A stretch of 64,000 nt of DNA from Stegostoma tigrinum (taxonomy: Eukaryota), in assembly GCF_030684315.1 (NCBI RefSeq), contig NC_081396.1:3534001-3598000 (forward strand), in the 5' to 3' direction. Each line of letters opens with the position of its first letter. Positions within the stretch are counted from its first letter, which is position 1. The translations under genes and the position numbers were made by a program. Below are positions 48,656 to 61,800 of the stretch, piece by piece. A model generated the notes under the pieces. The model was not told the origin of the DNA. It saw nothing but the letters and a program-made list of their open reading frames with translations, and did not search any database.

Positions 48656-51469
48656 GAAGAATAGAAATAGAGACAGACAAAAAAATGAATGGACGCATGA
48701 ACGGCTAGATGGAATGACTTATGAATTTCTTGTTTTATCTGAAAATGACATGGCCTTCGAAATTCTAAATTTTGTTTGCCTGCTTCTTTACTCGAGAGAG
48801 GACAATTACTTTTAAAAAGTGTCAGCCTATTACCTTCTGTCCTTCCCCAGTCCCATTAAAATTAAAATACCACAAGTGTCCTGAAATGACAAAATGAATT
48901 TCAGCAATAGCAGCTTGAATATCCACCTACAGTGATCATGATTGTTCTCTGCTGATTGTAAATCTCCATCTCAAAGATACAAAAAGGGCACCCGCCGAGA
49001 TTCAGAGGAATCCTATCACTATTTCAAATATGTGGCTCTGTTACAGTACAATCAACATATCTTCACCAAATTTACTTCAATCACATCAAAAGTAGATGCT
49101 TATTACACTTGTGTTTTGTTACTGTGATATGCGAGCAATTCAATTGCCCCTTTTCATACAGTTGCCCCTCTGTTTTGAAACTGATTTTTTGATGGGGAAA
49201 GCCTCCAACAATGCATCAACATGAGAATATTGGCGAATAATCTGCTGGGCAGGCTTCTGTTTTGTTTTCATTGAAAACAGAAGATCTTTTTAAAGTGTTT
49301 CATAGTAAAGAAAAATAAACAATTATTATTGATCGGTAATTTCTGAAGTGATTTCAGAAATAGCTGAAAAATTGATCAATACTATGCGGTCCTCCTCACT
49401 TTCAGAGGCTTTCTCCCATAAACTAAGATTGTCAAATCAATTTGTGTGCAGTTTCAATTTGCCTTCAAAAAGCAACGAATAGCAATAACTGTTTCAGCTT
49501 CAACGAACAGAAGCAGGGAAATATGAGTAAAATCACAATTCCAGTCCATGATTATTTCACAGGCCACCATATTAGAAAGCAATTGACGTTCCTTAAAATT
49601 TTCACAATTCAGAAGTATCAATACGAAATTAGTTTTTCCTTCATCATGTACCATTTCAATACATTCAGAGTTCCATAATTTTTATTTTCTAAAACCATTG
49701 GTTCCTGGTAACTGATTGATGTCTCCCATTTTATTAATGATTACGAACATTGCAATCACTTTAAATTAATTGTTGAATGCAATCTATTTTTGATCTCCAA
49801 TCAGCAGACTGATAAAATGCATTTTTGATTCAAAGAAGATAAGCCAGGTTGTGCACAATTCCGTTGAATTACTTTATAGTTCGAGGTCGGGTCTATGATA
49901 TGTTTTGCTTCTTGTAGTGGAATTCCCAGAATAATTGAGCAAATGTGGATTTGGCTTCAAGGCCACAATCACAGTCAGTGCCTGGAGAAACAGAGTAAAA
50001 CAGAAGAATGGGGCAAGAGAAAACCATTCTACTAATTGAGCCTGCCTTTTTATTCATCACAATCATGGTTTGTCGTCCAACCATGCTTTCGCCAATTACC
50101 TTTGATCCCAGTCGCCCCATTGCTATATGTAATCACCTCCTGAATGCATCCAATGTTTTGCAATCAAATCCTTCGTGTTGTAATGAATTCCAAGGGCTCA
50201 CCACTCTTCGAGAGCACAAAAAGACTTCTAATCTCAGTCCTCGATGTTCCACCCGAATTATTGGTTTGTGACCCCTGGTTCTTGAAACATTCAACATCGG
50301 GAACTCCTCCTAGTAGTATCAGGAAAGTTGCACAAGGGTCGTCATTGGGAGGTGCACAGTCAGTCTGAGTTACAAATGCATCCACAAGTTGCTGTTCAGC
50401 CATTGAATGTGTGGGTTTCATTTTATTAATGTCTTCTGCACTGGCAGTAATTATCTGAAATGCCAATTGTGGCTCCATTCCCTGAAGTTCCCCGACAGTG
50501 TTAAAACTAAGATTCTTCTGCCATCCCAGTTTCACACACAGGATTGCGCAGTGCTATTTCAAAGAACTGAAAGGGAATTGTCCCTGTGTTATTGGTCAAT
50601 TTTATATTGTTTCAGCCACAGTCACAAAAATAGATGACTACATCATGACAACATTTTTTTTTGGTTGTCCTTGTGAACACATTGCCTGCTGAAATGTCTA
50701 CAATACCATCCTGAGTATAATTTGCAGATGCATCTCTTGCTCATAAGCGCAAGGCGACTCGAGGGAATAGTGAACCAACCCTCAAATAACCAATTTGCTT
50801 TGGTCTTCGTGAAAACTAAGTTGCGTAAATCAATGAAAGGCATGTGTCTTTACTTTCGCTAATTTATGTTGCTGCTCTTGTCTGATTAAAGGCAAGTTGA
50901 CTGTGAAATGTACATGGAATATGTAAGTTTTTATTGCCATGTCAGCTCACTTTGATCAGTAAGCCTAGAATAGTTCGAATGACTCTAGAAATAAAAAGAT
51001 AGAACCGGGGCATTCAGCTTCTCAGATCTGAGCCAACTGTTTACAACAACTGTTGAGTTCATCACAAGCAAAGGTAGCACTCACATTTCGTCCAGAAGCT
51101 AGTATTTACAGCATGGGAGATCATATCTGTCTTCAAAACTGGAGTATATCTTACACACGTTTTCTGACTGCAATGTTTGCTCATTATCTGCACCCTGTTT
51201 TAATCAAATTTTGTTGCAAATTCTCGAGAACAACGAATGATTTCCACAGTTCCTGATGAAGCATTCGTCAATGAGCTACCAATCAGTTTTCACCAGAACA
51301 AGGAAAACCATGGCAATTGAAACAAATTAACATACCAACACAGACATACTTGTGAACACGCGCACACACGTACACACAAACACATTGAATACAAAAAAAA
51401 TCATATGCACACACACTCAAACACACACACAACTCATTATAGACAGAACGTAAACATGTTGTAGTATGT

Positions 51470-52853
51470 TTAGTAGGATCAGTTCAGATTGGGAAACAAA
51501 AGCACCAGTCAGGAAATTTTAGATTGGGTGGATTTATTCATGTTGGAACATTGGAATTTGAGAGGACTTTTTTTTCTTGAGATTTACACAAATGTCATGC
51601 TGTACAAAAGACGAGAGAAAAACCTCTTTAACGTCGGAGCATGCTCTGTCAATAAAATGCTGAGATATAAGTGATCGACAGGGAAGGTTCAGGAAGCTCA
51701 GTTCAGAAAAAAGATGGTGAAGGTAGGAACAGTCAAAACATTTAAAATGTGTTTGGTGATATACTTGAAGTGCTATAACCTTCAGTCTTACAGTTAATAC
51801 GCCGGACAGTAGGCATAGGCTGGAAGGTTCTGTTTTCTTTTGGCACAGTTCCAATAGGAGAATTCATTGTTTCTGTGGTGAAAATCTTCAATAACTCGAA
51901 ATCCATGCATGTGCAATTCAGAGGCTCTAATTCAATTGCTTTATAAAAGGAATGTCCCAAACTTCCACTTCGATCATATCAAATTTTATTAAACTTAAAC
52001 TCTGCCTGTTTAGGGAATTAACGATCTAATGTTCCCCAGACGATGCCCAGGTCAACGTCCCTTGATTCAGCTAGGGTCAGCAAAATGAATGAACTAAGTT
52101 AAAGATATTAAACTTACTTTGATACAAATAAGCCAGGTCCATCTGCAGTAGACATAACTTAAGTTTCAAAACATTGCACCGCAGATAGATGAGCCCTCAT
52201 GGCATAAGCAATGGTTTTGTTCGAATCATTTTAGGTGGATTCCTTGCAGCAACGAGTGTGAACAAATTTGTTTGGTCCTCCTTGTGGTTTAACACACTGA
52301 ATGTTGCTCCAATCCGATTAATTGGACATATCCTTCATAACAGAGAGTAGAGCGAATTCAAGAAATCATGGACCAAAATCGGCAGTTGTTCTTTGGACTC
52401 AAGGAAAGTCCACTGCGGTATTCTGTAGGTGTCAATGCTTCGACTTCTGATTGTTTGCTTTTATGCTTTTGACAAAGACATTGACGTATTTCACAATTTG
52501 CTACAACAAGAAACTGGCAACTATTCTGAACCGGAGGAACGTGGTTCAGAATTTCAGAAGGATCTCGTGAGGGTTGTGGATTGGGTCTCAGAGAGATCCA
52601 TGAAATTTAGTACAGAAGCTTTTGGCATGATTTACTAAGGGCGGGAAAGTGTGGAGCGAGAACACAGAAGATTGAGTACAATATGTAATATCGCATAAAA
52701 ACAAGAAGGATATTTGAAACCTACAGGTTAGACCTCAGTTGGAGTGCATCTTCATCTTTGGGTCGCAATTCAAGGCCTGACATAAAACATGTCTTCAAGA
52801 TTCAAGAATGTGCATCCAGTCAAGGGGCTTTCATTATATGGTATGTTGTAGAA
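51470..52853 (+). mobile_element. Decayed CR1 fragments (3' end at about 51480-51920; another at about 52150-52853 that continues at 54904-55200 after the Penelope insertion)
   Basis: ggttagacctcagttggagtgc..tttgggtcgc (VRPQLE..W) at about 52727-52765. CR1 C-terminal text resumes after 54903. Confidence 0.65.
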
Positions 52854-54889
52854 CAAAAACAAAGTTGCTGGAAAAGTTCAGCAGGCCTGGCAGCATCTGT
52901 GGAGGAGAAAACAGAGTTAACATCTGGGACCCTTCCTCAGAACTGATGCCGGCTGGACAAAACGTCAGTTTACGTGCACAAATTGTGATGTGGCTGGGGT
53001 CGGGACTTATGGATAGGAGAGAGCCCAAAGAGAGAGAAAGACAGTTGGACAGAAAAACGATTTGCGAATGATCAGGCTGGGAGGGTGAAGAGTTGTGAAT
53101 GGGAACTGTTAGTGACTAACAAACGTGGGGTGTGGAGTAGCAGGCTTTTGTTAACAAGTCATGGTGTGTGGGCTGGTGAGCTGGGACATGGGAGAGTTTC
53201 AGCCATCAAATTATTGAACTCAATATTGAGTCCAGAGGGCTGGAGGGTCCCCAAGTGGAAAATGAAATGTTGATTTCAGCCAGCTTGCGCTGGGCTTCAC
53301 TGGTAGTCTGCAGAAAGACGGAGACAGAGATATTGGCCAGGGAGCAAGGTGGTGCATTGAAGTGGCAGGGAACAGATAGTTCAGTGTCCATTTTGTGAGC
53401 AGAACGTAGATGTTCTGCAAAGCAGTCACCAAGTCTATTCTTCGCTTCCCCAATGTAAAAGGGACCACAGTGTGAGCAGGGAATGCAGTAGACTAGATTC
53501 CTGGAAGTGCAAGTGATGTGTTGCTTCACCTGGAAGGTATATTTGGGCCCTTGGACACCGGGGAGGGAGGAGGTAAATGTGCAAGTGTTGCATCTTTGCC
53601 AGTTACAGGGGCATGTGCCCTAGGGCTGTGGAGGGGTGCTGCGGGTGAAGGAAGTATGGACCAATTTTTCCCAGAGGGAACAGTCCCTGCGGAATTCAGA
53701 CAAGGGAATGGAAACGAATATGTCCCTGGTGGTGGCATCCTGCTGGAGGTGGTAGAAATGGCGTCCGGTGATTTTCTGGATGTGGATGCTGGTGGGATGG
53801 TAGGTGAGGAGGAGGGGAAGGCTATTGCTGTTGTGGGATGGATGAGAAGGCATGAGGGCGATAAGGTTATGGTTAGGGTTAGGGTTGGGTTAGGTGCATG
53901 AGGTAGGTTGGACATGATTGGGGACAGAGCTGGGGAATCCTCAGTTGAGGAAGAATGTGGACATTACAGTGGCTCCTTGGTCGAAGTTGGCTTCAGCCTA
54001 ACATATGCTATGGAGGCGGAGAAACTGAGAGAAGGATGGAATCTTTACTGGAAGTGGGGTGTGAGGATGTATAGTCCAGTTAGCTGTGGGAGTCGGTGGG
54101 TTTATGGAGGATATTAGTGGCCAGTCTATCCCCAGAAATGGAAAGAGAAATGTCGAGGAAGAGAAGGAAGGAGTCAGAGATAGGCCAGGTGAAAGTCAGG
54201 ACAGGGTGGAAATTGCGGGTGAAAGTGATGAAGTTTTCCATTTCTTGACGAGAAAGGGAAGCAGCACTGATGATATCATCGATATGTCTGTGAAAGAGCC
54301 GTGGGTGGCGGCTGGAATCGAACTGGGACAAATAATGTACCACGTACCCGACAAAGAGACAGGCTTACCTCGTGCCCATGTGGGTGCCCATGGCAATCCC
54401 TCTTATCTGAAAAAAAAATGAGAGGAGTTGAAAGAGAAATTTTTGAATCCATCATAAGACATCAGATGAATCATGGATGTATGTGGGTAGGGATGGAATG
54501 GGTGGACAAGCTTGAGTCAAGGTAGGAAGAGATGAGATCTGTGGGGCATGAAAAGGCTGAAACAATGTGCCTGCCCGGACAGCCCCGTTTTTGGATTTTT
54601 TGAAGGAGGTAGAAACGACTTGTGTGGGTTGAGGGGCTACTAACTTGGAAGCGGATGAGGGGAGATCACTGGATGAAATGAGATCAATATGCATCGTGGA
54701 TACAATGGCTGGATGTGCTATGGTGGAGTCATGGTCAAGGGGAAGGTAGGAGGTGGTATCTGCGAGCTGGTCGTCATCCTCTGTAACGTAGAGTTCAGTA
54801 TGCTAGACAACAACAGCACGCCCCTTATTGGCAGGGTTGATGACAAAGTTAGGGTAAGATTTGAGTGCACAGAATGCAGTCAGTTTGGA
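52854..54889 (-). mobile_element. Penelope-like retroelement (RT plus GIY-YIG endonuclease), 5'-truncated and degenerate, with 14-bp TSD
   Basis: RT motifs AMGTHMG, LFHRHIDDI and FLDISLSISGDRLATNILHKPTDSHS (54080-54396). GIY-YIG: TCTSRNLVYCIPCSHCGPFYIGEAKNRLGDCFAEHLRS (53206-53529). Terminal-repeat-like end at 52854-52950. TSD GGTATGTTGTAGAA (52840-52853) and GGCATGTTGTAGAA (54890-54903). Confidence 0.93.
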
Positions 54890-55617
54890 GGCATGTTGTA
54901 GAAGTTGAGCAGCTTTTTTGTTACATAAATGTATGAGAGGTGATTGATAGATATGTTAAAAATAATAAGGGGCTTGACCGGATAAACAAGTGGACCAACG
55001 GTGACTTGAAGAAACTAAATTTCATGACACAATACGTAGCTAGGTTGTGGAAAGCACTTCTTCAGAATATAGTGCAGGCAGCAGGAATTGCATACTTCGA
55101 GAAGGCATTGTCTCATTATCTAAAATAGAAACAATCAAAGTGATTGACTTTTCTGAGGTTGAAAGCAGACAAGAATCGCAGAAACTCCATAATTCTGTTC
55201 ATCCAGTGCAAATGCCACAAGGCACAACTGGAATAGATGTTTTTTTTTTCCACAGCGTTGACACAACAATGCATTTCAATTAATCTTGTCGTTGACCATG
55301 TCAAAGCAAATCATTTCTTCGTTGTTTCTGTGATAAGCTCATAATTAGTACATACATCATTGAACCAAAATCCTCTTTAAATTTGATTTGGTATTCTTAT
55401 GTAAGACTATGCTCAATCATGTCATGGATAATATTAAACTATGACTTTCTGAGATGTAAATCAAAATCGCACTGTGCTTTTTCTATGCAACATCCAGCAC
55501 GTACTGTTACAAAAGCCTTCACTTCTGTTGCTGTTCTGAAAGCCCGTTATCAGCAACTTTTATTGTATACGATTTATATTATTATGATCTAAGCATTCGG
55601 AATGTCAACTAAACTTA

Positions 55618-55718
55618 CGGAAATTTTGTGCTCCTGAGATGCTGCTTGGCCTGCTGTGTTCATCCAGCTTCACACTTTGTTATTTTAGATTCTTCAGCAT
55701 CTGCCGTTCACATTAACT
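55618..55718 (+). mobile_element. Short Penelope-derived element with 9-bp TSD
   Basis: tttgtgctcctgagatgctgcttggcctgctgtgttcatccagc..cagcatctgc, flanked by CTAAACTTA at 55609-55617 and 55719-55727. Confidence 0.8.
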
Positions 55719-55769
55719 CTAAACTTATTCCACGTTTTGTTTTAACGTTGACTATTTAGCAATTACTGC

Positions 55770-57122
55770 CCAATCAGTCTGAAGTCGATCATCAGTACAT
55801 TGGTGTGAGGTGACGTCAATGATGCTATCAAGCAGAACCTTTTCGGCAATAAACTGATTAGTGATGCCCAGTTTGGAGTCCGCCAGGCCACTCAGCTTCT
55901 GATATCATGGCAGCCTTGGACCAAACATGGGCAAAAGAACTGAATTCCAAAAGTGAGGTTTTAATGGCCGCTCTTATCATCAAGGCTGCATTCGAATGAA
56001 TGTGGCATCAAAGACCCCGCATAAAATTGGAGTCAATGTATATGAATAGGCTAAATTTCTGGTGTTTGGATTCTCACCTGACATACGGAAGATAGTCGTG
56101 GTTGTTGGAGGACTGTCATCTCAACTCCATGACATCTCTGCAGGAATTCACCAGGCTACTATCCGAAGCCCAAACATCTGCAACTGTTTCATCAATGACT
56201 TCCCTCCATCATAAGGTCAGAAGTGGGGATGTTTAACGATGAATGCACAATATTCAGCACTATTCACGACTCTTCAGTGGCTGAAGCACACCATATTCAA
56301 ATGCAACAAGATTTGGACGATATCCAGTTGTGTGTTGACAAGCAGCAGGTAACATTTGCGCCACAGGAATATCAAGTTGTAACTATCATGCAAAAAGAAG
56401 CAATATAACCAGCAACCCCGGCATTCAACAGTGTTATCATCATTGCAAAACTTACTATCAACATCCTGGGGCTATTCATTGGCAAGAAATTCCAACTGAA
56501 CTTACAATAGAAACACAGTGGCGGCAGAAGCAAGTGAGAAGCTCGGAATACTGCGGCGAATAACTCACTTCCATACTCCTCAAAGTTTGTCCAACATCTG
56601 CAAGGCACAAGTGAGATGTGTGATGGATTACTCCACATTGTATGGATGAGTGCAGCCTCAACAACACTCAAGAAGCTCGACACAATCCAGGACAAGGCAG
56701 CCCACTTGATTGGCATTACATTCACAAACATACAGTCCTTTCACCACTGATGCTCAGTAGCAGCAGTCTGTACGAACGACAAGGTAATCTGCAGAAATTC
56801 ATCAAAGATCCTCAGACACTATCTCCCAAATGCTCGACCAATTCCATCAAAAAGGAGAAGGCCAACAAACATACAGGAATGCCATCATGGTCAATTTCCT
56901 CTCCAACCCACTCACAATCTTGAGTTGGAAATATATCACCGTTCCTTTGCGACAAATGGGTCAAAATCCTGGAATACTCCCGTTAATGGTATATTGGACT
57001 GCAATGGTTCATAAAAAGGCATATCACCATCAGTTTCTCAAGTGAAACTCAGGACTGGCAGTAATGCTGGCTAGACAGAGAAGCCCGTATATATATATAT
57101 ATATACATATATACACACATAT
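55770..57122 (+). mobile_element. CR1/L2-group non-LTR retrotransposon 3' half with (TA)n tail
   Basis: RT remnants QFGVRQ, IKAAF, AGIHQ..CFIND and GMFNDECTIFSTIHDSS..IQMQQDLDDIQ (56223-56408); a (TA)n run at 57088-57122. Confidence 0.82.
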
Positions 57123-57464
57123 AAAATGAATTTTAAAACAATGAACATAAGTTACAGGATCCAAAAACATTCTATGTATTCTGATTCTTATCAACAGATT
57201 GCCAATTTTTCTCAACAAGCAAGAGCCACAGCAGGAAGTTTGGAAAAATCAGTGTTTGAATATTCTGCTAGAAGCAAATTATAAGTAAAAACATTAAACA
57301 CGAGACGCTGACAGAAGGAAATGTCAGTATCATAATTGTAATAACGTTTGAAACTTTGGCCAAGGTGGGCTTTTTAAGTAGTCATGGTTTCTGACAGATA
57401 GCAGACTGTAATCAACCTTTTCAACAAGCTCTTTCAAAGAGAGAGAATTTCCAAATTATGAAAT

Positions 57465-57785
57465 TAGAATACAGTGGAATCCTTAGAGAGTGGAATCGGG
57501 CATTTTGTCCCACCGAGTCCTCAGCGACTCTCCAAAGGGCGCCCCATCCTCACTCTTCCCGTAGCTCAGACAGAAAACCTACACATCCCGAGGTACTCTG
57601 GGTAAGTTAGAATTGCTGATCGACCCAACTTGCATATTTTTGGGTTCTGGATGAAACTGGAGCAGCTGGCAGAAATACAAGAAGGTGCAGACTGCACACA
57701 GTCAGTGGCTTGAAGATGGAATCAAAAGCAGGGCCTTGACGCGACTGGCTGTGCTAATCACTGAGCCACTGTACCTCACCTGTGG
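57465..57785 (-). mobile_element. HE1-like shark SINE
   Basis: Similar to 34450-34770. The tRNA-like head appears as gtgctaatcactgagccactg at about 57750-57772. Confidence 0.7.
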
Positions 57786-58899
57786 CTTCTGATGAAGCTG
57801 ATAATCTTCAGAGTCACGGCAGAAAAGGGGTTCCCTCTATATATTATTTCTGTTGTCTTCTGCAACGACACAACTTTCTGTGCAAAATATTTTTTTTTGC
57901 CCTTGTCTAGTGTAATAAAATAATAATTAAATCAACTAGAAGTATCGGGATGGGGACATGATGGATACAGAATCTAAAACTGATCAAAGAGACATTAAAT
58001 CGAAAGAAAAGTAAGTGACAAAATATAAAAAGGATCAAAACATTAAAGGTGCAATCTAATTGTTCCAGTATTGAGAGAAACGTATAAGTTTATTACAATG
58101 TCCAGAGACTTGTCCAACAACGTCCTGGAACCAGCCTTTAATCAGACCACAATAAGTGACTAATACATGTCAGTTCAATGTGATCGATCACTGCTCACGT
58201 ACTCTCTGTCCAAATATAGGCCACATTGGCAGATGTTTCCTCCAGATTGTTCAAGAGATTTATTTTCTGATCAAAAGTGACACGTGTGCCTTGCAAGCAG
58301 CACAGAGAAACAGGAAGCTGTGTATCAGATGAGAATGATACAACACGAGTCCGTTTCATGTTATCAGCACAAACAAACTTCCTGCGTGTGAGGGTGAAAA
58401 CACACTAACAGCCTCCGGAACAAGTTTGCAGATTGCTTTTGGTCTTAACACTGTGTTCAACTCCATTCCCTTTTTGTTTTTCGAATACAACATATAACAC
58501 AGAAGAGTATTTTAACTACTCTATGTTAACTGTGAAAGAAAAAAATGCTGAGTGTAATCACGGAAATAGGGGGCTAAAAGACAATAAATCGATTCGTTTT
58601 CAACCTTCTGATTAAAAAATAGACATTTACGGGAAATTCAGCGCTATCTCAGGGACAAAAAGAATGGCGAGTTTGCAACAGTGAACAGGTCTTTCTGCCA
58701 TTGAAATTTCGTCTGATAATATTTTGGCGTTTGCCTCTTTTAATTCATATAAGTTTTCACGAAGAAGCAAGGCACTTTTTCTCTTTTGGGTTGTCAGCAA
58801 TAGACCGTGTTTATTTGAACAAGAGAATTAGCAAATGATTGAGACAAGAAGGAAGCTTTTCCTGGATCTGGTTCCATGCTACTAAATTATAATCAATTG

Positions 58900-61800
58900 C
58901 GACCGAAGCATCTACTTGCCACCTAAGTTAGCAGCAAAGACCTCAAGATATCTGCATGTGTTCTCAGGTCGAAAAAAATGAGCTGAAGTCGAGTGTTATC
59001 AAATGAATAAAGACAACTGTGAACATACAAAAGCAAAATGAATTATATTGAGCCTGCAAAACATTTAAGGGAATAATGAACATTTGTACAAAAACAGAAA
59101 TTTAAGGAGATATTTCAGAATATAACGCACAGATAAATTCTGTAAAGTGAGAAAACAAAAAAAAACAACAGAAAGTGTCACAATCGATGATTAGAAATAA
59201 TGCAACAACACCGAACTCACTATTGTCGCGTTGACAGGACAGAATACGGGAAATGTATAGTTTAAAAGTTAAACAATGAAGAACATATCAGAGCGAAAAA
59301 GAAACTTATCTAAGAAGATTAAACAGACAGAGATAATATTAATTTACTTCAAAGCTATAGTGATTGAAACTGGCAACTATGAGAAAATGGGCAATTAATT
59401 GAAGGTACTTTACGACAACTCTTTCAATAGACGATATCAGTAAGACACCAGAAGTAACTGGTAAATCAAGAAAACGAAAATATGGTTAAGCCAGCAATAA
59501 AATTACAACTGATAGTGACATGTTACTGACAAAATAGCTGGAGTTCTTTGTTGTGTGAGGTCTCTGCTGAGATATTAATAGAAATGAGTCGAGAAATATT
59601 TCATGTACTAGTTTTTACTCTCTCGATTTCCCGAGATTCTGGAAATGTTCCAGTGGATTGTACAGTTGTGAATTGAAGTTATTTATTACAAGGGGACGAT
59701 ACAGAAAGCAGAAAACTGCTTGTCAGTGAACTTGACTTCTGGCACAAGGAATATGCCAGGACCTATTATTAAGGAACTACTAACAGAGAACTTCAAAACT
59801 ATCAGGTGGAATCCATAGTACTTTGTAAAGGGAAAAGCATGCCTAGAGTTCATCGTAGAATTTTGACAAGTAAACCTATACAGTTGATAAAGCAGCATCA
59901 GCATTCAGACAACCAGAAAATATGGATAACCAGGAAAAGAGAGAAAAACAGATGTTTATATTCATAATACTGAGTTTGTTGTGTGATTCAATATGATCAT
60001 AGCAGATCATAATCTGGAAAACTTTTGAGGTAATCCCTCAGCTCAGTAGGCATGGCTTTACTGAGATAATGTGACCGTGACTGCAATCCGTATGTCAGTT
60101 ACATTATCAGCAAGACCTTGTACAATTTATTTTTTCAGAAGGCTCACTCCGCCTGTATTAGAAACACCATGCAAACATGGCTAATGTTCCATCGGTATTC
60201 CAAAAGTCCATGAATAAAGTGTCACATGAAATTTTGTTGCAGAACACAAAAGGTCAGAGTCAAGTGGTTCTACATTGGAACGGATTGACTATGGCTAGCT
60301 TACCCCCTCTAAAGAACAAACATAACTTGGTGTTTTTCTGATTGGCAAGATTTTAATGAGCCAGATGGGAAGTGATCAGTAATGCAGCTTCAAGGCTGTA
60401 CAGCTTTAAATGACTTGGCTGAATTGGCGAAAAGAGTGGTTGATAATATGCTGAAAACACATTGATAAACAGGATTGTTCACTGCGAGCAGGACATGAGG
60501 AAGTTACAAACAGATAGATACCGATTAAGTGAATGGAAAAGTTGAACCAATTGGAGAATCATGTCCAAACACAGTATGTCTATGATTTCAGGAATTGCAA
60601 AGTGGAAACTGTGATGCAGAGGCAGCAGAATTTCCTTGTGCATGAATCATAAAAGGTGAGAATACAGGAAATGCAATTCCGTCCGAAAACTAACAGACTA
60701 TGACGGTTTATTCCAAGTGGAGTTGAAAACAAAAACATAAAGATCATGATGCATGAAAATGATACATTGAATGAGGCCACATGAAATTACTATGGTAGAA
60801 GTTCAGTGAAAAATTATGAGACTATTAATGGGCAACGTTTGGGCGGGATAGGTTCAGAACTACTTAAGTTTGAACAAGTGCCGAGTGCTTCGTTCAAACC
60901 TACGAAAACATAAATCATCTGGATATGGTAAATGGGGAAAACCTTTTTTCCTCTTTTGCAACTGCTGGTAAAAGTTGATAAATCAGGACTTTTTCATTGA
61001 GCACTAAAATACGTTAAGAATATCTGCTCGATTGTAGTCTTTGAAGCTCTCTTGATGAAAAACCTTTGAAGCATAATATGTTCATACCTTTTTGTAAGGC
61101 AGTAGCAGATGCATTCTTGCTTAACAAGGGAATGAACGATTATTAGACGTAGACGGGTATGCAAACTAAATGGCTGAACGGGGTCTACTAGTTGGGCTTT
61201 CTTGTATTTATACGGAATTGTTTGCATTATTACTCAGTTGTACATCTCACACTTCCGTTATCTATATCTGTCTATGTATTCTACATTGCAGTGAACTGTA
61301 TTAATGTTAATTCCATTAATAACTGAAAAAGAATCTTCAAGTTAAATTATGATTTCAGGTCAGATACAGATAAGTTAACTCATGAATGAGTCTGAAGTAA
61401 TGCAGCAAATCCTTAGATGAAGCTCCATGTAATACTTCTGCAGCAAATCAACAAAACAAAAATTCCCACTTCTCCAATTACCAGTGGAATAGCCTGTGTA
61501 TTTGAATTTCCTCCCAAATGAATATCGCTGACACAGCTAGAATTTGTGAACCATCTCAAACTCTCAATCAGTTGAGTGGCCAGCTGTGTAATTCCAGAAG
61601 GTAACTGAGAGTAAATAACGTGACATATTATTTCTAGGAGTGTTCACTAGTCTATCAAACATGCATGGAGAGATGGAAGGGAGTCTCTCTGGCACATTTC
61701 AGGAAGTGTACACACTACAATCCAACATGAATAATGGATTTGAACTTCCCAAATATTAAATGGGATAACACCAATGTGAATTGCGCAGAGGGGTCTGAAT

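Noticed and set aside
53518-54901. Plus-strand ORFs of 69-127 aa
   Set aside because: They are antisense shadows of the Penelope-like ORF.
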